A stretch of DNA of 64,000 nucleotides. Source: Tetramitus jugosus (taxonomy: Eukaryota; Protista; Heterolobosea). The position numbers and the translations under genes were made by a program. The notes below the pieces were generated by a model, which was not told the origin of the DNA, did no database searches, and worked only from the letters and a program-made list of their open reading frames with translations. The stretch is from positions 124,001-188,000 of the forward strand of contig OW569350.1 of NCBI GenBank assembly GCA_937625935.1, in the 5' to 3' direction. The first letter of the stretch is position 1. Every line of letters begins with the position of its first letter. This document shows positions 24,901 to 37,370 of the stretch, one piece after another.

Positions 24901-27900
24901 GACATTCAATTTAGTGACGGATCAAGAATCGAGTCGTTGCTGAATAATTTGTTTGTCTTTTGTGTCATTTGGTCTATAGGAGCCAATATTATCAAGGAAG
25001 GAAGAATTGATTTTGACAAGTTTATTAGGAATGAATTCAAGAAAATCATAACAATTCCTTCATTCATCAGTTCAGTGTATGACTTTTGGATTGATTTTAC
25101 GACAAATACCTTGGTTGATTGGTCTGCTCGTCTTCCTGACAAGTTTGATTATTCGCCATCGATTCCATATTTCCAAATTATGGTTCCTACGGTAGATACG
25201 GTCCGTTTCTCGTACATGATTCAATTACTGACCAAAATGGAGAAGCCTCTTTTGTTTAATGGTGAAACAGGTGTAGCCAAGAGCGTGATGATTGCCAACT
25301 CTCTCAGAGACAATAAGGATATAGAGCTTGTCACCGTGCAGTTTAGTGCTCAAACAAGTAGTAAGAGAACACAAGAAATGATTGAAAGCAAACTTGTTCT
25401 ACGGAAGAATATTCTCCAAGCGCCACCTGGTAAAAAAGTTGTTTTGTTCGTGGATGATTTGAATATGCCAGAGCTTGAAACATTTGGTGCTCAACCACCA
25501 ATCGAGCTTCTCAGGCAACTCTTGGGTTACAAGGGATTCTTTGATGTTGATGACAAGGAAAGTTTCCCTTGGAAAGAGGTGCAAGATGTTACCATCGTCT
25601 CTGCGTGCGGTCCTCCTGGAGGTGGTAGAAACGTAACAACACCTAGGTTACTACGACTTTTCCATACATTCAATGTTCCGGAAATATCCAGTGAGAGTTT
25701 GGGCAGAATCTTCTCCAGCATTTTGGATGGATTTTTGGAGCCGTTTAACGATCATGTTCGTGCGTGCTCGAAGTCCATTGTGAAGGCTGCAGTTGACTTG
25801 TACAACAGGGCATGTGAAGATTTTCGACCTACTCCGAAGACGTCACACTATACATTCAACATGCGTGATCTCTCCAAAGTGTTCCAAGGTATACTTCAAG
25901 TTGTTCCAGACACAGTGAAAACTGCTAAAACAATCACAAAATTATGGGTACATGAGTCACTGCGCTGTTTCCATGATAGGTTGATCAATGATGTAGATCG
26001 AGGAAAATTTATTGATATTGTTAATGAGTTAATGAGAAGACATTTTAAGAGTGTAACAATTCCACAAGAGGAGTTATTTGGAGATAAACCCGTTACATTC
26101 GGTAGTGTTATGAATCAAGATCCAGAACAATTTATTTATGAGGAGATCAACAATCCGTCAAATATACCAAGCATGTTAGATTCACATTTGATCAACTACA
26201 ATGCAAAGAATACAGGTAAAATGGATTTAGTTTTCTTCCCTGACGCATCCATTCACGCTACGAGACTCGTGAGGGTATTGAAACAACCACGTGGAAATGC
26301 ATTACTTGTTGGTGTTGGAGGCTCAGGAAAGCAGAGTTTAACACGACTTTCGTCCTTCATTGCTGGTTATCTAACATTTGAAATTTCATTAACAAGAGGT
26401 TACAAATTATCTGATTTTAGAACAGATCTCCAGAACTTGTACCGCATTGCTGGTGTGGAAGGCAAACCAGTTACTTTTCTGCTCACTGACTCTCAAATTG
26501 TGAGTGAAGCATTCCTTGAAGATATCAACAATATTTTGAATTCGGGAGAGGTTCCAAATCTATTTCCAAGCGAGGAAAGAGAGAAGGTGATCAATGAGTT
26601 GAGACCTATCGCCGCAGAAGCAGGAGTTTCTGAGTTAAGAGATGCAATTTACTCATTTTTCATCAATCGCGTCCGCGATAACCTCCATATTGTTCTATGT
26701 ATGAGTCCGGTCGGAGAAGCCTTTAGAAGACGTGTTCGTATGTTTCCCTCCTTGGTTAATTGTTGTACTATTGATTGGTTCGATGGGTGGCCCTCAGATG
26801 CCTTGCTATCGGTGGCCGAGAAAAAGTTCATGAAGATAAATGTCGGATCAGAGACCTTGCGGCAACATATGATAGAAGGATGTGTTACTGTCCATTCATC
26901 CGCTGTGAACATGTCGAACAGATTCGAGACTGAATTACGAAGAAAATTCTATGTCACACCTGCTTCATTTTTGGAGTTTATTAACTTTTATCACAATATG
27001 TTGGAGAAGAAGAGACTAGAGCTTAAAACCTCGAAGGACAAGCTCACAAAAGGCATCGAAATTCTGAAAGACACAAATTCGAGAGTGGAATCGATGCAGC
27101 AAGAACTTGAAGAGTTACAGCCTATTCTGAAAAATATGACAGTGGAAGTAAATCAGATACTAGCACGGGTACAGACCGCGACTGCTGAGGCCAATTCCAA
27201 ACGAGAGATCATCACAAAGGAAGAGAAGATTGTCAACGAAAAAACAAAGAAGGCAGATGCAATTGCGAAGGAGTCCGAGGAAAAGTTGAATGAAGTTGTT
27301 CCAAAAATTAAGATAGCCTTGGAGGCCCTTGATAAAATCGATAGAGGACAGTTGACAGAAATCAAGAAGTATGTGGATCCGCGTCCACCAATTAAGGTGA
27401 CCTTAGAAGCTGTTCTGACAATGTTGGGTGAAAAGAACACGACCTGGGAATCCTGCCAAAAAATTATGTCAGACACCAATTTCTTAAACAGGTGTTTGGA
27501 CTTCGACAAGGATGGTTTAACACCAGCTCTTATTAAGAAGTTGAAAAAGTATGAAAAGGAACCTAATTTCGACCAAGCTCTTGTCCAAAACACTTCAGCA
27601 GCGGCTGGCTCCTTGAACACGTGGGTACGTGCAATGATTTCTTACTATGAAGTAAAAAAGCTGGTTGAACCTCTTGAGGAAAGCTATGAAAAGGCGAAGT
27701 CAGATCTAACTATGAATCAACAGCAATTACAAACAAAGCAACAAGAACTTGCAGCAGTTATTCATAGTGTCGAACTAATGAATAGAGAGTACGAAGAAAA
27801 TATGCAGCAAAAGACATCCCTCGAAGAGAAGACAGCTATTTCGGAACGAAGATTGATAGCTGCCAAAAAGTTAACTGTCTCCCTGGAAGAAGAGTATAAG

Positions 27901-30900
27901 AGATGGATTCAATCAGTATCTCTATTCGATAAACAGATCGAAAATTTGCCAGGTGACGTATTCCTCGCCTCAGCAGCAATTGTGTATTATGGAGCCTTCA
28001 CAGCTTCTTATCGATCAGAAGTCTTCCAACTTTGGATCGATGAGTGCAAAAAACGCAAAGTGCCCCTTTCTGACGATCCATCAATCGAAAAAACCATCTC
28101 TAATCAAGTACAAATAAGAGATTGGAATATCAAAAATCTACCTACAGACCTTCATTCGATTCAAAATGCAATTTTAGCTACAGAGACAAATAAGTGGCCT
28201 TTGATGATTGATCCACAAGGTCAAGCAAATCGGTGGATAAAACAGATGGAAGGAGAAAATGGGCTTAAGGTTGTTAAACAATCTGACAAGAATATCTTAA
28301 AGGTGATAAACAACGCCATTATGATTGGTAAACCTGTCATCATTGAGGATCTGAGTGAACTGATCGACCCAAGTCTCGACCCAATTCTCCAGAAAAATAT
28401 TTACAAAGTTCAGGGAAGACAAGTTATTAAGATTGGTACTGGAGAAGTGGATTACAATCCTAATTTCAGATTGTACTTGACAACAAAGCTTGCTAATCCA
28501 CATTACCTACCTGAAATCTGCAACAAAGTGAACCTTATTAATTTCACTGTGACTACAAAGGGTTTGGAGGATCAACTGCTTGGTGATGTCGTACTTCGAT
28601 TGAAAGAAGAATTGGAAAAAGAAAGAGATAACTTAGTTCTATCTGTGGCAGAGGATCAAAAAACGCTCAACAATTTGGAGAATCAAATTCTAGATAGTCT
28701 CTCTTCGGTCGAAGGAAATATTTTGGATAATGAAGAGATTATCAAAACACTGGATGACTCTAAATTCATGGCTAATGTGATCAATGAGCGTGTTAAAAAG
28801 TCTGAATTAACTGAAATATCTATTAATGAAGTTAGAGAACAATATCGATCCTTAGCTATCCGAGGCAGTATTCTGTACTTTGCCATCGCTGACTTGGCAC
28901 GTATTGATCCCATGTACCAATACTCGCTAGAATTTTTCAAGAAATTGTTCAACCATTGCATTTACGAGAATGAATCTGTTGAGCTAGAGACCTTACTTGA
29001 AGAATTGATTAGCAGGATTACGAGCACTGTGTACTCGAGTGTCTGTCGGGGTCTATTTGAAAAGGATAAGTTAATTTTTTCTTTCATGATGGCAATCCAG
29101 ATATTTAAACACAAGGGAGCTCTATCTGAGAATGAATGGAATTTGTTTATCAGAGGTGCCCACAACACGAGCACCGTCAAGAATGATATTCCTTGGTTGA
29201 GCCAAAAGTCTTGGGCACTGCTGTCATCATTGGACAGTAGTGTACCAGAATTGAAAGGAATAGCCACGTCAATAGTTCGCAACCAAGATGAATGGCGCAA
29301 TCATTTTAAAGACTCTGAATCCTACAAGAATTCTCTCCCACGTGGATGGGATTCCAAGATTAAACCCTTCCAAAAACTTTTGCTGATCAAATGCTTCTGT
29401 GAGGAAAAGGTTGTATTTGCGGCAAGAGAGTTCGTGTACAACACTCTTGGTGGTCATTTCACAGTGTCACCCAAACTTGACCTCAAACAAGCTGTTAATG
29501 ACACCACCCCCAGCGAACCAATTATATTTATCCTGTCTCAGGGTGCTGATCCTACAGATTTGTTGAAACGATTCGCAGATACCACAGGAACCAGACTTTC
29601 AATCAAATCATTAGGACAAGGCCAGGAAGAATCTGCGATGAAGTTGATCGAGAGAGGTAGGAAGAGCGGTGAGTGGGTCCTGTTACAGAATTGTCATCTT
29701 TCTGTCTCATTCATGCCGGCTCTCGAAAGAATTATCAGCGAATTTTCTTTGAAGACCACTGTCATCAAACCAACTTTCAGACTTTGGTTGACGTCTATGC
29801 CTTCGAAAGATTTCCCTATCCCAATTTTGCAAAATAGCATTAAGTTGACTAATGAACCACCAAAGGGTATCCAAGCTAATCTCACGAGAACATACGATGA
29901 GTTTACTAGTGAATTCTATGACTCATTCGAAGAAACAGATACATTCCCTGAATGTGCAAAGAGCCTAGCATTTACAAAATTATTATTCGGTCTATCACTC
30001 TTCCATGCAGTTGTACAAGAAAGAAAGAAATTTGGTCCACTCGGTTGGAATATTCAATATGAATTTAATTCATCCGATCTGCATGTTGCCAAACTTTGGT
30101 TGCAAATGTTTTTGAAGGAAAACGACCGAATACCATGGGATTCTCTTCAGTATGTGATTGGAGAAATAGTTTATGGAGGACGGGTGACGGATTCTTGGGA
30201 TAGAAGATGTCTTATCAACATTCTGAATCAATATTTTACAAAAGAGATTCTGTTGTCCAGCTATCAATTTGCAGACAACCTCATTTATCGAGTACCTCAT
30301 GGTGGTGATCGAATGATCTTTAAACAGTATATTAACTCGTTGCCTGTTATTGACAGACCCGACATATTCTCCATGCATGAAAATGCCAATATAGTGTTCC
30401 AAATGCAAGAGACTCAAAAGTTAATATCTACCATTTTATCTGTACAGCCGAGAGTAACGGGCGGAGGATTGGAGCAAAAAACAGAGGCCATAGTTCTGGA
30501 TATTGCAAAGGGAATTTTGGATACCTTGCCCACAGATCTAGATAAGTTTGAGGCTGGAAGAAGTACATTTGCTCGCACAAAGAAAGGCACAATGCACTCT
30601 CTTGCCACTGTATTGAGTCATGAAATGATACGGTTTAACAAATTACTCAGAATAATACGTTCATCTCTTGTTGAGCTGTTAAAAGCCATGGATGGCTTGG
30701 TGGTGATGTCTGCTGAATTGGAAAAAACATTTAACAGCCTGCTGAACAACGAAGTTCCTGAAATGTGGGCCGATGTTGCATATCCTTCATTAAAACCTTT
30801 GGGTTCCTGGATCGAGGATTTGAAGGCAAGAGTCGATTTTATGAGGAAATGGCTGAAGAACGGCTTGCCATCAGTATTCTGGATTTCTGGATTCTTCTTC

Positions 30901-31341
30901 CCCCAAGGATTCCTCACAGGTGTTCTGCAAACTTATGCAAGAGAGCACGAATTGCCTGTAGATAGTCTTGGATTCAAGTTTCGAGTACTGGACACGGACG
31001 ACATTAGTAAAATTGATCAAGGACCAGAGAGTGGTGTGTATATTTATGGAATGTATTTGGATGGTGCTCGATGGGATTCAGAACGTCGAACACTCGTGGA
31101 AGCTGCCTCAGGTGAGAACACTTGTCGTTTACCAATAGTTCACTTCTTGCCTGAGAAAGATCACTCCATTCAAGATGGATACTACGACTGCCCATTGTAT
31201 AAAACAAGTGTAAGGAAGGGAGTGTTGTCCTCTTTGGGTCAATCTACCAATTTTGTGATATCGGTGGAACTCCCAACTGAAAAGAATTCAAACTTTTGGA
31301 TTAAGCAAGGAGTTGCTCTGCTCTGTCAACTTGATACCTAA
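18972..31341 (+). CDS. DNAH6: Axonemal (inner-arm, single-headed, DNAH6-like) dynein heavy chain; 3 exons (18972-19205, 19274-19730, 19805-31341)
   Basis: AAA1 GPAGTGKTETVKDLAK / CFDEFNR / YDFGMRALKSVL, AAA2 GPTGSGKT, AAA3 GETGVAKS, AAA4 GVGGSGKQSL, a stalk coiled coil, and C-terminal YDCPLYKT...NFV...WIKQGVALLCQL. The N-terminal PYNPY/YTMSAKGVTHF/LDQW motifs resemble DNAH6; the subfamily call is less certain than the family call. Confidence 0.93.
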
Positions 31342-31442
31342 CAACAATACTCGATAATAAAATTCGTTCAGTGCAAAACGGAGATTTGGTTTGCTTCGCG
31401 CTCATGTACCACTACAGAACATTTCACCAAACGTGTTAAGAA

Positions 31443-33056
31443 ATGAATGAACATGACACAGAGTCCCCAATAACATCAGAAGAGTCCCATGTTGTGGAAC
31501 CACAAGTTCAGGAAGATGATAGCAAAGAGAATCAACATGAACCCCCGATTGAGGAAGAAGAAAAAACTGATTCATCCCACAAGGAAGTAGGAGAGAGCAT
31601 TGGAGAAGGATCTCATGAGGAAGATGTTGATAATGATTTGGATGGGGACAACAATAATGATGTCGTTTTGGAAGCTCTACAGAACGAGGAACCAATACCT
31701 TCGCTCTCAGATCGCGATGACGCCAATATGTTGCCAGAGGATGGAAGAGAAGAAGAAGAGCTAAATGAAGCACTAGACGAACTGAGAGAGGTCGAAGACC
31801 AGTACGAACCTTTACCGACAGAATATGAGAACAGAATCCTGGATGATGACGAGTTAGAAGAAGCAGAAAACATGATAAAAACAAGAGATGAACTTACCTC
31901 GAGATACACGAGTATTATAGAAGATAGAAACATCCTCTGGAGGAAACTTCACTTGATAACAAAGAAACTCTCTGATCACTTCAAATCTATTAAAAAGATA
32001 TCCAACGAGGAAGTCAAAGAGAAATCTCTGGACGCAGAAGACAAGTATTCTCGGTTAATTTTGGAGTACAGAGACTTGCGGGAAGAACTGGAAGAGTTGA
32101 GGGAGAAAAACAGACAACAACTTGGAAATATGAGAAGTAGTTTGGATATGAGGCAACAGAGCGCGGACGCAATGCGACTACAACTCATGGAACACAAAAC
32201 ACACATCGCTACAGAGAAAGCCAAAGGATTACGAACAGGTAAACGGATACCGGCCAAGAAACTAGAAGAACTTCATCGGGCCGAACTGGACAAGTACTAT
32301 AAAGTTAGGAGCATCCGGATTCAGAACTTTGAGCTCAAAAATACCAAACAAGCTCTGGATCAATCGATCAGAGAAAAGGAAGAATTCTCAAAAGGTTTGC
32401 ACCTCATCCATTACGAACAATTAAAGATGGAAAATTCTTCATTGAGCGAGAAGATTGAGGAGAAGAATGAAAGCTTGCAAAAAGCCCAACTCAAGTCAAT
32501 TAATGCAGTGCATGTGTGGGCCCACACCAGAGAGAAACTACAATTCGAACAGAATCAAGACACTGCAATGGAAGCAAGACTAGGCGAATTAGAAACGGAG
32601 ATAGAGCAATACAAGAAAGATTTGAACATGATTAAGACGGACTCTGATAAAATGAAGCAGGATACCATGGCAATGAGAAATGCAGCCCCACTTGTGACAA
32701 ACACCCCACTTCTTATGGATTATGAAAGCAGAAAGAACGAACTCGAGGAGAAAACGAGGACATTACAACAGTTAAAAGATCAACATAGAGAACACCTGCT
32801 TCACATCAAGAAGTATAACCAGAGAATGAACAACATGCTTCGGAAGTACGACAATGGCTCCACCACAACGAATCCGCAAACGATGACAACCACCCACCAG
32901 CCAGAGACCGATCATTATGAGGCAGAGCCATCACCGACTTCCACACAGGCAGCTCAAAAGTTACCCGATATTTACAAGCGAGTCAATTCATCTCGTTCGA
33001 TTGGAAGCAGAACAGAGCAGCCACAACAACAACCAGAACTCGTTCAACCATCCTGA
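31443..33056 (+). CDS. CCDC96: Flagellar coiled-coil protein CCDC96/CFAP184 (DUF4201)
   Basis: Acidic N-terminus, long coiled coil, RTGKRIP, signature GLHLIHYEQLKMENSSLSEKIEEKNE, H.REKL.F and LLMDYE. Confidence 0.85.
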   Translation: MNEHDTESPITSEESHVVEPQVQEDDSKENQHEPPIEEEEKTDSSHKEVGESIGEGSHEEDVDNDLDGDNNNDVVLEALQNEEPIPSLSDRDDANMLPEDGREEEELNEALDELREVEDQYEPLPTEYENRILDDDELEEAENMIKTRDELTSRYTSIIEDRNILWRKLHLITKKLSDHFKSIKKISNEEVKEKSLDAEDKYSRLILEYRDLREELEELREKNRQQLGNMRSSLDMRQQSADAMRLQLMEHKTHIATEKAKGLRTGKRIPAKKLEELHRAELDKYYKVRSIRIQNFELKNTKQALDQSIREKEEFSKGLHLIHYEQLKMENSSLSEKIEEKNESLQKAQLKSINAVHVWAHTREKLQFEQNQDTAMEARLGELETEIEQYKKDLNMIKTDSDKMKQDTMAMRNAAPLVTNTPLLMDYESRKNELEEKTRTLQQLKDQHREHLLHIKKYNQRMNNMLRKYDNGSTTTNPQTMTTTHQPETDHYEAEPSPTSTQAAQKLPDIYKRVNSSRSIGSRTEQPQQQPELVQPS

Positions 33057-33172
33057 TTGTACATATAAACAACACAAAAATCATGACAAATGTGCGATTA
33101 TTGGTGCCATTTATTGGTACTTGCTTGATTGATGCTGTAGAAATAATCGTCACACACGCACACATGTCTATC

Positions 33173-34072
33173 TTACAAGGCAGCAGAGCTTCGGGATGAT
33201 GATGACTTGATCAAATAATCAAACACACCCGACTGTACAATGTACTCAATGACTTGATCATCCAAGTAGTACTTGACAGAGTAACCTCTCTCCATCAATG
33301 TTCGAATTCTCGTTGAACTCACATTGTTCGTCACATACGCCGGCACCGAATGAATATTTCTCCTATTCTTATATAGTACATCGTGATCAAAGATGAGATT
33401 AGGCACAGAGGCACCAATATCACGCTCCACGCACGCCGTTCCAAAATTTTCCAATATGTAATCCACGTCCTCCTGTCGCCACACACCCTCCTTGACAAAC
33501 GATTCCAACAAATCAGCACCACACAGCAACAGAATCCTGGGCGACACTTGTTGCTTCACACTCTGATAATAGTGATCGACTTGGTCCTTGAAATGAGTGA
33601 GAACAATTCTTGTCCGACTGTACTCTGGCTGCAAAATCTCCCACGCATCCGTATTGATCCAAGAACTGGTGCGCGTCGCCAATTTGCTCATCATGTATCG
33701 ATGTTGACCACTGACTCGGAGTGAACCCTTGCCGTACTTGTCATGAACAGGTGAGAGAAAACCGCCGACCACAGTATAGCCCAACTCCTTCTCCAAGTAG
33801 TCCTTGGAGTTTTCAAACATGCGCAAGTGAAGGTTGGTAATGGGATTGAAGGAGCCACACGCAACAAGAATAATGTACTTTTTGTCATTTTCACCATCAG
33901 AGTGATCAGTATCATCATCATTGGTAGTAGTGGTAGTGGTAGTAGGAAGTGGTTCAGTGTCCAATAGTAAATCAATGGGAAATTTGTAGTTTTCGAGTGT
34001 TGGTGTCTCTGTGGACAATCGATTGGTGGATTGTTGTTGTTGTGGTGGTGTTGGAGTGGTGGTGGATGACAT
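33173..34072 (-). CDS. NMNAT: Nicotinamide/nicotinate mononucleotide adenylyltransferase
   Basis: LVACGSFNPITNLHLRMFE, SPVHDKYGK, DAWE, LLCGADLLESF, NVSSTRIR, SVKYYL. Confidence 0.96.
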   Translation of the reverse strand: MSSTTTPTPPQQQQSTNRLSTETPTLENYKFPIDLLLDTEPLPTTTTTTTNDDDTDHSDGENDKKYIILVACGSFNPITNLHLRMFENSKDYLEKELGYTVVGGFLSPVHDKYGKGSLRVSGQHRYMMSKLATRTSSWINTDAWEILQPEYSRTRIVLTHFKDQVDHYYQSVKQQVSPRILLLCGADLLESFVKEGVWRQEDVDYILENFGTACVERDIGASVPNLIFDHDVLYKNRRNIHSVPAYVTNNVSSTRIRTLMERGYSVKYYLDDQVIEYIVQSGVFDYLIKSSSSRSSAAL

Positions 34073-34474
34073 CTCTCTATATGTTGTTGTTTAGTTAGTA
34101 AGTGTACAATGTGATGATGGTGTTGCGTGTCTTTTTTTTCTGTTGTTTTTGCGTTGCATGGGTGTTTTTTCCAAGAAGCAGTGGAACATTTGGAGCTGGG
34201 GAGAACTGGAACTAACCAGGATGTCCGAAGGATGCGGATATTCTTGGAGAAATCTCATTGAGTGAAGTGGATTTGTTCCAGGAAATTTCTTCATGGAGAA
34301 TTGTTTTGTGGATGTTTGAAGGATAGGAGAGTTGTAATTGTGAATCTAGTGAAACAGCAACCGTTCTATTTACAACAGTCATCCCAGCTACTGTTGAGAG
34401 TGGAACAAGTAGGCACCCAAGTGACCAAAAAATGGATGACTTGATGAAACGAATAGTCATGAACATAATTTATT

Positions 34475-35269
34475 TTAGTCTTCATCATTTGGTACAGTCT
34501 CCTTGAGGTATTCTCTCAACGTGACACGAATTTCCGATGTATCATCACCTCTCAATGGACACTTGACAAATTCACATGACACCTTCATTTGAACCATTTC
34601 TAGTGCACCTCTGATCACACCTGCCAATAAATTACAATACCACAGACAACCATCACCACCACCCACACCAACAGCACCACCAGTGCTTGTCGTCGATGCT
34701 GCTTGTTGTCTCATATAATCAGGTAATTCTACAAAATCGTTCAATGGATTCTCATTAAACTGCAGAGTGTACTGTGTTTGATCAGCGTTCCACTGAACGA
34801 CATTGGCCGTAATGCCCAAAAACATTTTAAAGGCAACTTTGGCAATGGCTTCTGCTGTTTCGTGGAACTCTGAGCAACCACCGTTGGATGGATTGGATTT
34901 GGCCATGTATTCATCAATGAGTCTCTGACCCATCTTGTAACCCATCTTTTCCAGCTCGGTGTTGACTCGTTTCACATCTTCATAGTCCTTGAGCAATTGA
35001 GTCACAAGTGAGCCATAGGTCAGGGTCAATAGCTCTGAATTCTAATCATCATTGTATGCATATGTTATTGTTTGGAGAGAACAGAGAACATTTGTGATTG
35101 GTGTGAGTGATAAGCATGTTCAGTTGTTTTAGTGGACAAAAAAAAGCGAAAATTAAATGAGGAGGAGCAAAGGAGTTGTAGTTGTGGATGATCATACAAT
35201 TTTGTCAATCTTATTAAAGGTGGTTTCGCCTAGTCTCTGCAACTTGGCAACATTTTGAGCTGAAGACAT
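34475..35269 (-). CDS. TRAPPC3: TRAPP complex subunit Bet3; 2 exons (35269-35198, 35041-34475)
   Basis: Exon 1 MSSAQ...KIDKI is spliced to NSELLTLTYGSLV. Also LEKMGYKMGQRLIDEY, the conserved palmitoylated Cys (C.EF.ETA), NPL.DFVELP and GVIRGALEMV. Confidence 0.95.
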
Positions 35270-35390
35270 GTTGTTGTTGATTTCGTTCCTTTTGTTGTTG
35301 TTTTGTTGTTGTTCAAACAGATTTTCCCGCTTTTTTTTGCCGACAAATCTTCAAGAGTTACATCTATTGTCGATAATCTCTTAAGTTTTT

Positions 35391-37247
35391 TTATAATTCG
35401 ATTGAAGGCTTCCAGACCTGTATGCCCATTTCGCCTGTGCAAACCAAAACATCCTTCAAGCACACACTCCAGTGAACTTCCTTGATATTTTGACCAAAGT
35501 GCTCGAATCGAAGCTGAGCAGGAATATCCAATTCTTCTTCGTCGTCTTCTCCAGCATCAGTCATGTCCTTGGCTTCCACATCAGTTTCCAAACTCAAATC
35601 CCAAATGGTGACTCTGAAATCAGAGCTGACAGCCAGTATAGAATCATCTGTTGGATGCCATTCCATGCTTGTTACGTGCTCACCTTGCAGATAGTTGAAT
35701 TGGGCAACAGTGGTCTGTGGAGCTTTTGTAGCAATGGCTCTCATATCCCAAACAGTGACAATACCATCATCATCTCCAGATGCAATCTGATTTTGTTTCA
35801 GCTTGTTCCATGCAATCACATTCACATCAGTGTTGGAGACTTGGAAGCTCAGTCCTTCCTTCTTTGGCTGTCTCACATCCCAAATCATCACCTTTCCATC
35901 GCAACTGCAACTGGCAAACACATTGTCCTCACTTGGAGACCATTGGACATCTTCGACAGATTTGCTGTGTCTGTTGTAGTTGTTGCGCAACTTCCATGTG
36001 CCATCTGGAAGCATCGTGTGAACACAAATGTTGGCATTAAAGTCACCAGATGCCAAGTGACCTTGCACAACAGTACTCCAATCTAGAGCAAAACCTTCTG
36101 CTCTGTGATCCTTCAACACTTGAATGGCATGCTTTTGACCAGTGATTGGTATCTTTCCAGCTTTGGCATTGTTTGCATCTCTGCTCAACAATTCAAATTG
36201 AGAGGATGTATCAAAGATGCGCAGACTGGCATCAGAACACATGAGTGCACACATTCGAGTGTTTTGTGGCATACACTTGATCCTGTTCACTTCAGTGTTC
36301 AATGGAATATATAAATGCTCTAATATTGGCTCTTTTGTCTTGAGCAAATTGTTGCCCGAAGAGGCCTTCTTTGCCTTCTTCTTGCTGTTGCTACCGTTCA
36401 TCTCATTGTTTTCTTCCTCCTCATTGTCTTCTTCCTTGTTGTCGACAACGTCTTCGTCTTCATCTTCACTCTCAGAATCAGAATCATGTTCCGTCTTCAA
36501 CAAATTGCTCATCTTGAGAACATAGATTCGATTCTTTGCCTTTTCAGATGCTTGAGAACCAGCCACCATGTATGTAGTCATTGGAAAATCTGCTCTGTAC
36601 AGTCCATTGTTATCATTGATGAGATCACAGCTCAAACATGGCCATTCAACGTTCATTCTGTGGAACATGGTGTACGCTTCGTTCGAATAGTCCAATTCTT
36701 CATCATCGGCCAAATGATACGTCTTTGGGTTGTAAATGGCCACATTGTTCTTTGTCTTCTTCACTCCACTCTCATCACCATACACTTCTTCATCATCAGC
36801 CTCTTGATAATCATAGTCCAATGCCTGAGAAGCACCAAGGGTCAACTGAGCTTGTCGAATCATGTTTTTATAGTATGATTCCTTGTCATTTTCATCAACG
36901 ACTGCTCCACTTGTGGTCTGACTAATCTTCATTTGTTCAATTTGTTGCAAGAGCTTGTCTTCGTCTTCTTCGACATCAGAGTCATGTTGTTCATCATCGG
37001 AAATGTCTTCATCTGATGTGTATTCATCATTGTCGTCTTCTGGTTGATCATCATTCATGTCATCATCATCAACATCAGAGTCATCATCATCATTAGCTGG
37101 CACATAGGTTCGCTTCATTGATTTTGTCTGTTGTTGCTGTTGTTGCTGTTGTTGTTGTTCATTTTCTTCGTCGTCTTCATCGAAACGAGTCTTTGTAACG
37201 ATCCGTTTCTTGGCTGCTGGTTCAACTCTTCTTCTGTTGTTGGACAT
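35391..37247 (-). CDS. GRWD1: Glutamate-rich WD40 protein (Rrb1), ribosome biogenesis/histone-binding
   Basis: EELDY...AY.MFH...EWPCLSCD, FPMTTYMVAGSQA, EGFALDWS, SVEDVQWSPSE, DVNVIAWN, IPAQLRFEHFGQ.IKEVHW. Confidence 0.93.
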   Translation of the reverse strand: MSNNRRRVEPAAKKRIVTKTRFDEDDEENEQQQQQQQQQQTKSMKRTYVPANDDDDSDVDDDDMNDDQPEDDNDEYTSDEDISDDEQHDSDVEEDEDKLLQQIEQMKISQTTSGAVVDENDKESYYKNMIRQAQLTLGASQALDYDYQEADDEEVYGDESGVKKTKNNVAIYNPKTYHLADDEELDYSNEAYTMFHRMNVEWPCLSCDLINDNNGLYRADFPMTTYMVAGSQASEKAKNRIYVLKMSNLLKTEHDSDSESEDEDEDVVDNKEEDNEEEENNEMNGSNSKKKAKKASSGNNLLKTKEPILEHLYIPLNTEVNRIKCMPQNTRMCALMCSDASLRIFDTSSQFELLSRDANNAKAGKIPITGQKHAIQVLKDHRAEGFALDWSTVVQGHLASGDFNANICVHTMLPDGTWKLRNNYNRHSKSVEDVQWSPSEDNVFASCSCDGKVMIWDVRQPKKEGLSFQVSNTDVNVIAWNKLKQNQIASGDDDGIVTVWDMRAIATKAPQTTVAQFNYLQGEHVTSMEWHPTDDSILAVSSDFRVTIWDLSLETDVEAKDMTDAGEDDEEELDIPAQLRFEHFGQNIKEVHWSVCLKDVLVCTGEMGIQVWKPSIEL

Positions 37248-37370
37248 TGCGCGTGTTGTGTTGGTGATGGTTGTTACGTTGGTTACGTGTTGTTGAGTTG
37301 TTTTAAAATGGTGTGTTTTTTAAATGTTGTTGTCGGAGTTGTGTGAAATTTGCACAAAAAATTTGAAGGT

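Noticed and set aside
25261-25284. Non-canonical dynein AAA3 Walker A (GETGVAKS)
   Set aside because: Substitution of this Gly occurs in AAA3 of other axonemal dyneins, and AAA1 is intact.
19974-31207. Numerous 60-155 aa antisense ORFs within dynein, and similar ones inside UTP20, GRWD1 and DHTKD1
   Set aside because: Expected antisense shadows of long coding frames, with no independent motifs.
34091-34470. Small ORFs (84 aa with hydrophobic start; 67 aa; 60 aa) and an Sm-like ATTTTTTGG between Bet3 and NMNAT
   Set aside because: No recognisable motifs. The 84-aa ORF starts inside the Bet3 3' end/poly(A) region. It cannot be supported without expression data.
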